Origin: Alloascoidea hylecoeti | Taxonomy: Eukaryota | Length of the DNA stretch: 64,000 nucleotides | Direction of reading: 5' to 3' | Assembly (NCBI GenBank): GCA_001600815.1 | Contig: BCKZ01000003.1 | Coordinates: 1,165,474-1,229,473, forward strand | Shown: positions 48,038-60,100 of the stretch, one piece after another | Layout of the letters: every line of letters begins with the position of its first letter | Numbering within the stretch: the first letter of the stretch is position 1 | Notes under the pieces: model-generated | What the model was told of the DNA's origin: nothing | Database searches by the model: none | Seen by the model: only the letters and a program-made list of their open reading frames with translations | Position numbers and translations under genes: made by a program

Positions 48038-49149
48038 AGATTAATCATATTTAAAATGTTTATATAAAGGTTTTAACTACAAAACCTAAAGGAATATTAT
48101 TAATTTGAATAATAAAAATAAAAAATTGTGAAGTTTTGGTTGGAGGATAAGGCTAGCTCTTGAATTCGGTTGATTTTAATTTTCCTTATAGGAACTCTTT
48201 TTTTCTAAAGCTACGGATGCTCATAGCATATCATTATTGCAATTTATGGTTTTGCTTTCATTTCTTCTGTTTTCCTGTATACCTTTCGATTAACAATTAT
48301 TATGCTGGATATAATTTTAAGATTAAATTATATCATGGCCATTTGTAAAAATCGTTTTTTGATTTCTCTTTGTCAGCTTGTTTTAAAATTTTTTTTCATT
48401 ACTAACTACGTATATTATTATATATATCTTACTGGTTAATACCATATATAATTATTTTTTTAGATTTGATCTACTGGTATAAAATTTTGCTCTTCAATAA
48501 ATAAATTTGTGTATAATCTTAAACTCAATATGTGTCGGATCAATTAAAATGGTCTTACTTCACAATGAAATTGGACTTTTATTGATTAAAAATATACGTA
48601 TATTATTGGATAATTTTTTATTAACATTTGATTGATTCGCAATAATAACTGCAAAAGATTGGAAATTGTTTACATCGTTTGATAATCATTAAATCTCAAT
48701 CTTTTCATTGATTTTTCCCTACCTATAAGTAGTAATAACTATAGACTATTTACCTTATCAATATACCGGTATCCTTGGTCAACAACCTACAGCCTTAATT
48801 TAGATATAATAACCTCTCCATTACACTTCTAAAAGAAATTTCTAAGAAAGCAAAAATGTTTTCAATATCCTTTGGCTGTGTATCATCACTGGGTATGAAT
48901 CATGTATAAGTTATAGAACCCAAATTTAAATAATGGCTGCAACCCCATAAATATTAAGTGGCAAATGTGTTTTTAAATAAATTTTAAAAAAAATATTGAA
49001 CACATTGCAACTAAGTTCCTAAACATAATACTTATTCTATGAATTTCAAGGATACTCATCGCTTGTGATTCAGAATCACAATTTTCTTCTAACCATAAAA
49101 ATAGAATTTTCTTCATATTTTAAATGAAACGGCTGAATATGAATTAAAC

Positions 49150-50370
49150 TTCTTTGGGTAAATCTGCTAACGCTGGACTCGCATCAATTGACCAATAACT
49201 GGCCAATTTTCATCTGTTAAACAAATATTTAATCTGTATACTTTTTAAAAATCATATAAAATACTTTTATACATTTGAAAAAAGCTACATTTTCCTTCTT
49301 TTTGTGTGGATAATGGAAGAGTTCAAATTCTGGTCTATAACATATATCATTCAAAATTCTAGAAGATTTCCCTGCAAAATCAATGACAATCTTGCATGTT
49401 GTTTAGCCATGCATTATAAACAAAATACATGATTCTAATTTCTCTAAACACAATTGCAAGTTGTAATTGAGAGTCTTTGAGACATCAGACTTCTAGAAGT
49501 TGTGGTTTCAAGATGGCCATATCTACCGATCACGGTATCTAATGCATTTTGTTTCTACTCACGTTGAAATCCTAGATAAAACATATGCATACATAGTAGA
49601 TATCCAAGATGTACAGTGCCTTTATAATTAGCGACATGCACAATCAAGGACTAATAGCTCATCAACAGCTTCAGATCTGGATGTGAACTCGAATCCTGTG
49701 GGAAGTAAAAATGTTGTATTTCCAGTCAAGTTTATATATAGTCCTATATTAATCGATGGAGTGTTCCAGGAACCGCTGATTATTACTGCTTGTGATGTCA
49801 AATTTTCAGCCCAAGAAAGGAATGTAAATTTCCAGCTGCCGATAAATTTGAGGTGGGTTAATAAAGTCAACTTATAAAAACATTTTCTGTCACACCTGAC
49901 CCTTATGATTATCAAACTAACGCTAGTGATATTAAAAAACCCGAATCCAAAGATATTTGGAGTAAATGGGACCCTCAATATAATTGGGAAACAGGAAAAA
50001 CCATCTATGAAAGGGTTATTAAATGTGAATTACCTTCATTTTCTATAAGGTCTTATACTTCCTAATTTTGGTATTTACCAATTAGAAAGATATTATGTAT
50101 TAAAGGTTAATTTCTCATTTGTATCTTAGCCACAGACACCCAAAATAAGTTCGACAGACATCAATGAAGTAGCAAATGTTACCAACCAAAAGGAAAACTT
50201 GGCCTAAAGTGGTTGAATATCAGTCATTGGGGTGATATTAGTGGTAACGATAAGAACGAAAGTACTTGTGCTAGCACTTCTTCTCCATACTTAATCAAAA
50301 AGAAAGAACGATATTGAGGTCTTCTTTCCAAATACCTTTTAATGTTTTAGTGAAGCCCCAATTTACATGA
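49150..50370 (+). pseudogene. Decayed coding region, possibly an arrestin-fold (ART/Bul1-like) pseudogene
   Basis: Broken frames with protein-like composition, including LILPNFGIYQLERYYVLKVNFSF (50052-50120), similar to the PxFxxxxxxRxYxLxV end of fungal arrestin C-domains. Confidence 0.35.
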
Positions 50371-51804
50371 TACTTCTATATAATACCTAGGCCTAATTAT
50401 AGTATGAAATACTATGCATTTTATATGGCTTAATATAAGTTATAAGTTATAGAGAAAGTTATTGAAAATGAAACATTTTATCAACAAATATAAGGATATG
50501 AGGGCCGTATAAAATTAAACTTATTTTTATCATAAATAAGGACTTATATAATGAAGTGTAATAATAAGAATATACATTAGACGTGAGAACCTGATCATAA
50601 GCAGATAGTACTGATGGTGTTTATATATGAGCTAATACTCTTATAAATCAAAACTTTTTGATACCCTTAATTATATTTACAGTGTCTACAGTTGTTTCAT
50701 TGATATAAAATGTATCTATTTACCAAAGCTATATATTATATTGTATTTTTATAATCATATGTGTATATAAAAGTGATATTGCGATGAGGACTATTTTGAT
50801 ATCAAATTTAACGATCAATGTATCCATATGCATATTTATTTTTGGTAACTATAACAAATTCAATTAATAAACCACCCTCATATTTATTTGAATTTATAGA
50901 TTTATTACCCTTTTAAGTGTCTATATCAACCTTCATATCGTCGAAGAATGATATTTCCCGTCGGGAAATTTTTGGTTTTTCGTGAATTTAAGTGAACAAA
51001 TCTTCAATTTCTGTAAGAATCAAATATACACACACATAAAAACATTGTAATTGATTTTTAAAATCCTTCATTTCTCCTGAAACACAAATTAACATCATCT
51101 AGTAAGTATCAAATACATCGAGAAAGGTAGATGTGCTATTATTAATTTTGAAAATGAAAAAATACTAAATGAAGCATTCCATTTTCTAACAATAATGATA
51201 TAAGTACTAGTAGAAAAAGCTATATGCTCCCTTAATTATTCAACTTTAAGTGTTAATTTAGGTAAAAATCAAAATCAAAATGAAATTATGTATTAGCTTA
51301 AGAGATCTATATGATGAAGACATTTATGAGGGCACTGAGACAAAAGATCGTTTCTTTAAAAGTTTAACAAATGAAGATCTAATTTCAAGCATTGTATCGA
51401 TATCTGGTGCTTGGCAAACCAAAGCCATGATGTTGAAAAATTCAATTGGGGTTTCAATGTAAGTAAAGTAAAGCTATGTTTATGTGTATAACTCACTCTT
51501 TTTATGTGTAGGTCCTATATCTAGAGATACGATAATGCCAATTTTATCTTCTGTGCAATAAATCAGGTGAATATTTTGAATGTAATTAGGAACTATTCAT
51601 TAATATTAATTTAGATTCAGATATAATATATTATAATTAGATATCAAAGAAGCTATAAAACTTATATTATACGGTAAAATAGATCATATAATTAGTATCC
51701 ATGCCGTATAGATTTTTTAATTATAGATATAGAACTTTATATGATCAGCTGCAATATAACAAAAAAAAAAAAAAAAAATGACAATTTCAAATGAAGATTA
51801 AAGA

Positions 51805-52632
51805 TTAAACCCATGACCATTCAATAGTAATTCTACCTTCAGCCTCATCAGCGAGCTGATCAAAAGCTGCAGGTGAAAAGTCCAAGTCGTAATAATCGCA
51901 ACCAGTACATCTATCAACTACCTTGACAGTAACAGATTTGCCATCATGAGTTGCCTTGATTTTCTTACCACAGAATGGATTATCGTTTGGATTAGGTGTG
52001 GCTTCAGAATCAAATAAACCATGGGAAATAGCAACAATGTAATCATTATCATCATTATCAAAACCGCAAGAGCCAAGACCTGGATTGTAATAAGTACCAT
52101 CGCCAGAGTATGTGTCCCCATCAGAACTAGAACTGCTAGATGATGAAGATTGAGAAGAAGCTGCAGCTGTAGAGGTTGTTAAGTCTTTGGTAGATGTTAC
52201 CTCGGAAGTAGAACTAACCGAATCTGTTTCAGAAGAAACGATAGTACTTGTAGTAATGCTGGCCACAGAGCTAGATATAGCACTAGATTTTGATGCTGTC
52301 TCTACAGATGTAGCAGAATTTCCTGAAGAAATGGCCTTCATAAGAGCCTTAGCAGCTTGAGTTGTAGCTTTTGCAGAGCTTGAATGTTCAGTGGAAGTAG
52401 TGGTTGCAGTGGAACTAGTACTCAAGCTTGTGACACTGTCGGCTTCAGTGATAGTGGTATCACCCTGAATGGTTGAAACAGTATTTCCATTAGAGTCGAC
52501 AAGAAGATGCACATACTTAGTAACAAAAACAAGATTTCTTTTATGGTTATGACCATGACCGAAATCAATTGGGATTGCCAAAGCGCAAGATGCAATAAGA
52601 GCGGCGGATACCATTGATGCTAATTGAACCAT
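51805..52632 (-). CDS. Secreted RlpA-like DPBB (expansin/loosenin-like, Asp f7-type) protein with Ser/Thr linker
   Basis: Signal peptide, His-rich HGHNHKR Kex2-like site, S/T-rich stalk, GDGTYYNPGLGSCG, VVDRC, LDFSPAAF. Confidence 0.88.
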   Translation of the reverse strand: MVQLASMVSAALIASCALAIPIDFGHGHNHKRNLVFVTKYVHLLVDSNGNTVSTIQGDTTITEADSVTSLSTSSTATTTSTEHSSSAKATTQAAKALMKAISSGNSATSVETASKSSAISSSVASITTSTIVSSETDSVSSTSEVTSTKDLTTSTAAASSQSSSSSSSSSDGDTYSGDGTYYNPGLGSCGFDNDDNDYIVAISHGLFDSEATPNPNDNPFCGKKIKATHDGKSVTVKVVDRCTGCDYYDLDFSPAAFDQLADEAEGRITIEWSWV

Positions 52633-54419
52633 TTTATAAAATTTAAAAGGATTGAATGTAATGTAAAAGTGAAAAAATGAGAAGTATAATAGTAATATAT
52701 AATATTATTATCTATAATGAATGATAATATAGAAAAATTGGTTAAAGGAATGAATCAATTTAACTTTGTTTGATGATGTAAAATAAAATTTAGTAAGAAT
52801 CGATTGTCTTTTATATCTTTTATTTTGATGCTATTGAAATATATAAAAGCTTAAGTTCCTTCAAAGTTTTTCATGATATATGCATATGATTTAGTCTAGA
52901 TCACCAGATATCATCTTATTGAAGTAGAAGATAGTTTTAATTGCAGTAATTTATTATATAAGCACATATTACTCTATAAGCCGGAGAAAACTTTTCAGAG
53001 AGTTTTGTTTCAAGATTATATGTATTCTTGATATGATATCATGCATGTATATTTATACATGGGGTAAACATTGTAGGCAGATAGATTTATTTTCAGCAAG
53101 TTTGGAAAATTAAGCATATATATCTGCCGGTTTGAAGTAAAGGATCTTATATTAATATTGATCACACTATATATTATATCATATATGGCCTCTAAATGTA
53201 AGTTTCAATAATAAATAGATACTCCCACCGGAAGAAATCTAGATCCTTTTCCTAAGCTTGTCTCATCGAATATGGCGCAAGAATTTAAAAAAGTTTTCTA
53301 AAATTTTTATGATAAATCTTATTGATGCATATGTAATATCTAACGTTATACTCTACATAAAATGTTGTAATATCTACACAACGTCATATTATATAAGATA
53401 TTGTAATAAAGCAATGGTCTAGAAAACTTAGAGATAGTCTTGTGAAACAAATTCAATTATTCTAGTATCTCAAGTCAATGTTATACTTAAAGCTTGAGCT
53501 TCTACAGGGAGTTTTTATGTCCCTGTAACATGCAGTTGTAGTGAAACTACTACTTCTCGCGTATATACGATGCAGTCATATATGATTAACTAATATTGCA
53601 TTTGAAATTACGAGCTAGATGGTGGTGATCGAGCTAATACTTGAGGGTAAAAGGATCATAAGCGAATTTTTATTGCACCATAATTATATTCCCTTCATAG
53701 AGGGTGAAAGACATAATAACTACGTCTAACAACCGCGAGTTCCGCAAATCGTCTCTTCTGAACGACGCCAAATGCTTGTATAGTCTTTTAAAAAAAATAT
53801 AAGTTTCTCCCATGTCTCACCTACGATGAGTACTTTTTATAAGCTTATAAGCAATAAATAAATTCGTTAAATTTCAATAAATATTAATTTTGTAGTTAAG
53901 TGCACACGGTTTTCAATCCACTCACCCTACATAGAGCCCACTATACCATCTAAATAATCCACAGCCGTATAAGATATTGTCACTCTACATTAGTTATTAT
54001 ATCTATAATACATGTACGGTACATCTAGATCTTCTGGCGAGTATTACTATCATCAAACATTGGTCTGGACCTAGATAAAAAGATTCATACATACAATCAA
54101 TTAAGAATCTAATGTTAGATATGGCTAGATCCAGAATTTTGAAGAAATATGCCGTTTCAAGTTTGTTAGTCGCTCTGAAGTAGATATCGATTATATTAAT
54201 ATTAACGCTTGTTAGATTATATAACAATTCTCAGGAATTTGAATCATAGGTTAGGTCTACTAGCTATAGACTTTTATATATTTTATGATAAGATAATTAC
54301 CATGGCCATATAGCATTGACACATCAGTTTTAGAAATGGTAATAATGTAGAAACTTATAAGTTATAATTACATAGCTTAAATTAATATAGAAGAGCAAAA
54401 CCCAAGTATCTATAACAAA

Positions 54420-54735
54420 TGCGTATACAACATTATATCTGCAACAATATATTATAATATTGATGACCTTCTACCTTACACAGTGATTCCACTTAATTTA
54501 AGCCATACAGCTTACTAAATATCGCTTATTTCCATAACTAATTTTCGGCCTCACTATTAATATTGTGTGTATGGTACTATACATATGCAGGGATATGAAA
54601 TTTATGAGCAATTTCGGGTGCTAAGCCCGGCCGAAAGTTAGTTATGGGGAGGGCCGATGATTATTAACCTACATGGCTGAGCATATAAGTGGAAAAACAG
54701 CAAGAGTCAAAATCCTACAACATAAAGTTAACGCA
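54420..54735. mobile_element. Foldback/MITE-like element with long imperfect inverted arms
   Basis: CCATAACTAATTTTCGGCC (54532-54550) pairs with GGCCGAAAGTTAGTTATGG (54629-54647) at 18/19. Also TTCCACTTA (54487)/TAAGTGGAA (54686), AGCCAT/ATGGCT and TGCGT/ACGCA. May extend to ~54375-54785. Confidence 0.65.
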
Positions 54736-54952
54736 ACCAAATTAATAGGAAAGTATAGATATTATGTTAATTCGAGAAATTTAACGGAGTAAATAGAGGG
54801 TAAAAGGTGTAATGTTGTATTACAAAAGAACATATTAATTAACCAATTTAAGTATGAGGAAATCCATTAAAACGCGATTTTCTCAGCACAAACGATAATT
54901 ACATTTACAAAGGTTATATATATTAGTCCAGTCGATTAGAGGAGTCTAAGAA

Positions 54953-56663
54953 TTATACTATGTAATAGCTATCGGCTGTCAATTTAGATACTTTTGTAAA
55001 AGGAACAGATTCATCACCATCTTGTGATGAAACAATATTTGATACATCAACTTTTCCAAGAGATGAAGTAACTTCATCATCAGTTTTAACTTCATTAAAT
55101 TGAACTTGCATTGGGAAGAAATCTTCCTCTTCTGTAGCTTCAGCTGTGAAAGCAAACGATCCAGAAGTTGTTTCATCATCATTTCGATCAGCACTTCTTA
55201 TTGTCCAAACTAAATGATCATCCTGTTGTGAATAATCTTGATTTTCTTCTTCACTTGTAACATGAACATTTGCTGATGTTAATGGAATGAAAACATGAAT
55301 ATCATTCAATGATGATTCAAAACCAGGTGCTAATTCATATTCAATAGTAACTTCAAAAAAACCAGGATCAGGAGATGATAACCAAACTGTAAATAGTATA
55401 GGAACAATACTTGTATCGTCCTCCTTTCGTGAAGCTTTCCATCTCAAAACACCCAAACTTTGATTATTGGATGGGAATGGTTTCTCGGAATTTTTCAATC
55501 CAATAATATGAGTTTTGTTGAATGCAGCACGATCAACGTGAGGATGTGTCTTGTATTGTGCGCCAACAGAACTACCATCGGCTTTGGCGATTAATTTGAC
55601 ACAAGCAATATCAGGATCAGCAATACGTAATTGTAATGTTCCTTTCACTTCAGAAGACTGAACACTTCCATCACGAGCAATTTGGGCAGAAACTTTTTCA
55701 ACAATTGAAACTAAAATACCATCATTTGGTACTTCTTCAACCTCTGGACTTTGATTATTATGTGCAGAAGTAGGTTCTGGAGTTGGTTCGGCTTCTTGAA
55801 CTGCTGGAGCACCAAAAGATGCAAGTAATCCTTCATTTTCACCTTCATTATAAATATTGTTCTTCTTTTTACCTAATTGCAATCCTTTACCACGAGGGGC
55901 AGATCTAGGTTTAGTTGGAACAGATGATGCAGGTGGTGAATGATAAGATTCAGTAGGAGAATATGAAGGAGTATTAGATGAAGAACCAAATGAAGAATTA
56001 TTTCGTCCAAATCCACCACTTGAAGTATCAATATTACTTCGTCTAGCAGCAAGCTCCTTTTGTTGTATTTCTTTAGCACGTCTTTTCCGTTCTTCAGTTG
56101 CTTCCAATTCTTTATTTCTTTCTATAATTTCTTGGATTTTCTCTTCATGACTGTCCATTTCAAGGTAGGTTTCAACTTGATCTTTGGTAACATTTTCTCT
56201 ATAACCCAATGTAATGACTTCATCAAAGGCACTGAGAACTTCAAAAGCATAATCAAAAATTACTTTCTCATCAATTGATCGAACTAAAGTGGTAACCACT
56301 TGAGATAATAAATGTAAAGTATCTATATCTTGCAAAATATTGGATTGACGATTGGTTATCAATACGATATACAATGCTTCCAAAGGTTGATAAACATAAC
56401 GAACATGTTCGTCTTCAACAGTTGTATGTTGGGAACTGGAACTTGTAAGTTGCGGGAAAGTAGATAATAATGCGGTTACTCTCTCTTTTGTCATATCTCG
56501 AAATTGACGAGAGAGAATCGGTTTACCACTTCTAGTACATATTGAGGCAGCAAGGACAACCTACAATTGGTGATAATATTTCTCAGTTAGTAAACAGCAG
56601 AAAATATTGAAATTTATCCTCCACCCTGATTTCCCTCAATTTTTTGGATCTCTGACTTACCAT
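54953..56663 (-). CDS. RET2: Coatomer delta subunit; exon 1 is the ATG only (56663-56661), exon 2 is 56560-54953
   Basis: Intron 56660-56561 (GTAAGT..TACTAAC..TAG) gives MVVLAASICTRSGKPILSRQF; SNILQDIDTL; MDSHEEKI; mu-homology domain. Confidence 0.96.
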
Positions 56664-56795
56664 GTTTGTGAAGTCTTCTCGTGGAGATTTAACGATGAGT
56701 GTATCCTGAACACGGTGTTCACCAGCTGAACAGTTCGTCCCTGCGTATATTTCAGCATGCAACACAAGAATAGGTTTATTCACTGAGGAGTCAGG

Positions 56796-57030
56796 ACGCT
56801 CGGGTGGGATTATGTAAAACTATACGAATTTATAAAGTATGGGAAATTCTTAGAATGCCAATATATCCATCATCCTCGTCGGTACTCAGACAGAGTCGTA
56901 GCCCCAATTAGGTCCTCCATAATGGCCATTCCACACTATAACGAAAGTGTTACCCGCAACTAGGATCACGATTTGTAAGCAATATGTATATATTAGAGTA
57001 GACTTACATAATCCTGCTTGAGCTGAGCGT
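56796..57030. repeat. Long-range inverted repeat (foldback) in the RET2-UTP20 divergent promoter
   Basis: GCTCGGGTGGGATTATGTAA (56798-56817) pairs with TTACATAATCCTGCTTGAGC (57004-57023): 16 Watson-Crick plus 4 G-T pairs, with weaker pairing continuing inward. Confidence 0.6.
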
Positions 57031-57100
57031 TACCTTAAAAAAACTTTTTGAAAATTTAAAAAATATAGTACTCGATAAAGAAAAAAATATTTGAAGAAAT

Positions 57101-60100
57101 ATGGTAATAAAGAAAGCTACCACTGCCTCTTCTAGGAAGCACGCTGTATGTACTCATATCCGACTTGACTTTTCTGTTTGCATCTGTTTAACATTCCAAA
57201 TATCCATTTAGTTCAAAAGTTTTAGAGACAGAGTTGACTCTATAAAAATTGAGCCAGCTTTGAATTTGGGGAAAAAACCTTCCGATTTCGTTGAAATAAG
57301 TTATTTTTTAACAGCCTATACACATTGGAAAGATGTTAATATTTCAGGAGGATTCAAAGATTTTTCAAAGGAAGTGAAGGACTTAATACAAACTCTTCCT
57401 CAACTGATTTATCACCAGGATGAACTGTTTGACTCCTTATGTACTTTTATCAATAATAAGGAAATTTATTCTCTCGAACCATTACTAGAGTATGTTATCC
57501 AATATCCTTGTGTTTTATTATTTGGATTCAGCTAACATTTCAACAGCATGCTTTCACAATTCTGTCACGATTTAGGCCCAGATTTCATGAAATTTTTCAA
57601 CAAATCGATTGAGCTACTATCATCACTTGTTTTAGACCCTGAGGTATCTTCAAACTCGGATGCTTTGGAATGGACTTTTAACTGCATGGCATACCTTTTT
57701 AAATACCTTTCAAGATCATTAACAGGAGATTTGGTTCCAATTATAAAACTATTGACTCCTTTATTAGAGCTAGAGAAAAAAGACTATATTTCACGGTTTG
57801 CTGCAGAGTCATTATCTTTTTTAATTAGAAAATTAAAACAGGAAGCCTTGGAAAATTCTATATCATATACTTTCAATTATGCAAAAGATTCCTTTACAAC
57901 AAATTCAGTTTTTAGAAGGTCAATAGTAACAATGTATGCAGAATCAATGCAAAGTATTTCACAACATTTACACTCAAAAACTTCAACAATATTAAAGACT
58001 ATATTATTACATTGTCGGCTACACGATGAATTTGAAATAGGAATTGCTCAAGATATTATATTGCTCTTATTGGGCCATGCTAAGGAGAAGCATGCTGCGG
58101 TGGTTTACCAAGTATTCCACAAAATTTATAAAGATTACCATTCAAAAGATGATGTCAAATTCAACATATTCTTACTCTTCACATTAGTGTTTGCAGAAAG
58201 TGGTAGCAAAGTTCCCGACTGGAATATAATATCAGAAGACTTACTTGAAATATCATCCTTGGTCACCACAGAATCTTCATCTGATATACAATGGACTTTT
58301 ACCAAAAGTGTAGGTATATTTGTAAGGAATTGTGAATTGGTGATCTTGGTAAAGTCAAAGACACATACGACCCTATTTGAAAAAGTTGAACAATTAAACG
58401 AAGGAAGTGCATTTTTACCTTTTGCACATATAGTCAGCAAACTTTCTAGAAAAAGGTTTCAGTCTCTATTTGGCCGTTGGGTACAGGGCTATATTAATAA
58501 TAATTGGTCTACACATGGAACTGAAATATTTATATTTTTACAACAATTTGAATTGGATGGGGGAATCCCTAGTTTGAATGATTTAACTATTCCAATTTCT
58601 TTTGCACAGGATATATTAAATTATTTAGAATCATTTAAGGCTGAAGATAACGATACAGACAGTAAAAGAGAACTATACTGGAGGTTAAAGATGCTCAAAT
58701 ATGCACCAAGTACCGAACCATTCCAACAGGAACTATCTAAAGTGTTGTTAAATCTACTGGAAAACACATTTCTTCTAACTTCAATCACTAATAAGTTTGA
58801 TATCGATATTTGTGGAATTATTTTGGAGTATCTACCTGCAATAGATAACTTTCCAGTAGAATCATTCCTTGGAACTTTAGAAGTTTATAAAACTCGAGTT
58901 TCTTATTTACGTGGATTATTTCAATATTTGAAGGTATCATCGAAGTCCACCAATGAATCGAAACATGTCTTTAATTCCTATTTTTCAAATATTATTGAAT
59001 CATTGACTTCAAATCTTACATCTGCTAATCAAGAAATGCGATATCTATCGCTTCAAATCATATCAGAATTATATTCTATTTCTCCTTCTCATGAAATCCC
59101 CCAGATAGTGTCCGAATGTCGTATATTCGAGGAAATTCCTGTTACAGTTACCACATCAAGGGACTTACAGATTAGATTAAGGAATATTGCCGCAGAATTC
59201 AATAATACTGAATTAACTCCATTGATAGCAAAAATTATTCCAAAATTCTTGTTTGGTATTGTTACTAATAATATGAACCCAATAACTGAAGGAGCACAAG
59301 ACGCTATTGTCACTATTAGTGGTAAACACAGTGATGAAATAATTTGGACCCAGATAAATGAATGGATGAGTCAAATTTCAGACCCTAAAATTGACAAATT
59401 ATCCTTTGATAATGGTGATGCAATAATGGATGACACGGATAAAAATAATGATAGTGGGATAATAAATTTTAATTTCAATAATTTCAATAGTCAAATGGTA
59501 AACACTATTGATAAGTACGTGAATTTCCCTAGATCTTTGTATGAAATTACCTGTGATAATTTTCCAGATAAAGATTTAGCACTACTACGAAGCCGGGCTA
59601 TAAGTGTTCTCATTAAACTACCTTCTTTGGCAGAATCACATTCAGCATTATTAACAGATTATATTCTTGATGATTCATGGTCAACAATTTCAAAAAATGG
59701 TCTATTAAAAGTTTTTTCCAAATTTAAGAAATTAACAAAAGTTAAACGATGGGATGAATTAAATGATTACATTTTAACTGCTTTATCAAGTGTTAATGCA
59801 CCAATTCAAAACTTAGCATTGAAATGTATCCTTCAAGCAAATGGATATTTAAAGAAATATGAAGATGACTTTAAAAATTTATTGGATAGTAAAGCCTTTA
59901 GTGATGAACTTATTAAATTTGTCGAAGTTCAAACCCCTGAAGATGAAGAGAAGGTGATACCAATATTAATTCGAATTCTGTTCGGAAGAGTGCAGACAGC
60001 AAAAGCTGGTGGTACAAAACAAAGAAGGAAGTCTGCAATTATATTGAATTTAGGAAGATATAAAAGTTTAGTGCGTCCATTTATAAATTTGATTTCCGAA

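Noticed and set aside
53503..53527. Hairpin TACAGGGA..TCCCTGTA as a Helitron 3' end
   Set aside because: No CTRR terminus at the expected distance on either strand.
54080..54200. KNLMLDMARSRI resembling a copia integrase helix
   Set aside because: A single short motif with no other integrase residues or LTR context.
56838..56970. GGGAAATTC..CTAGGAT resembling the RNase P RNA P4 helix
   Set aside because: Only ~110 nt separate the putative CR-I and CR-V, the CR-V spacing is wrong and no P1 helix forms. The surrounding inverted repeat explains the pairing.
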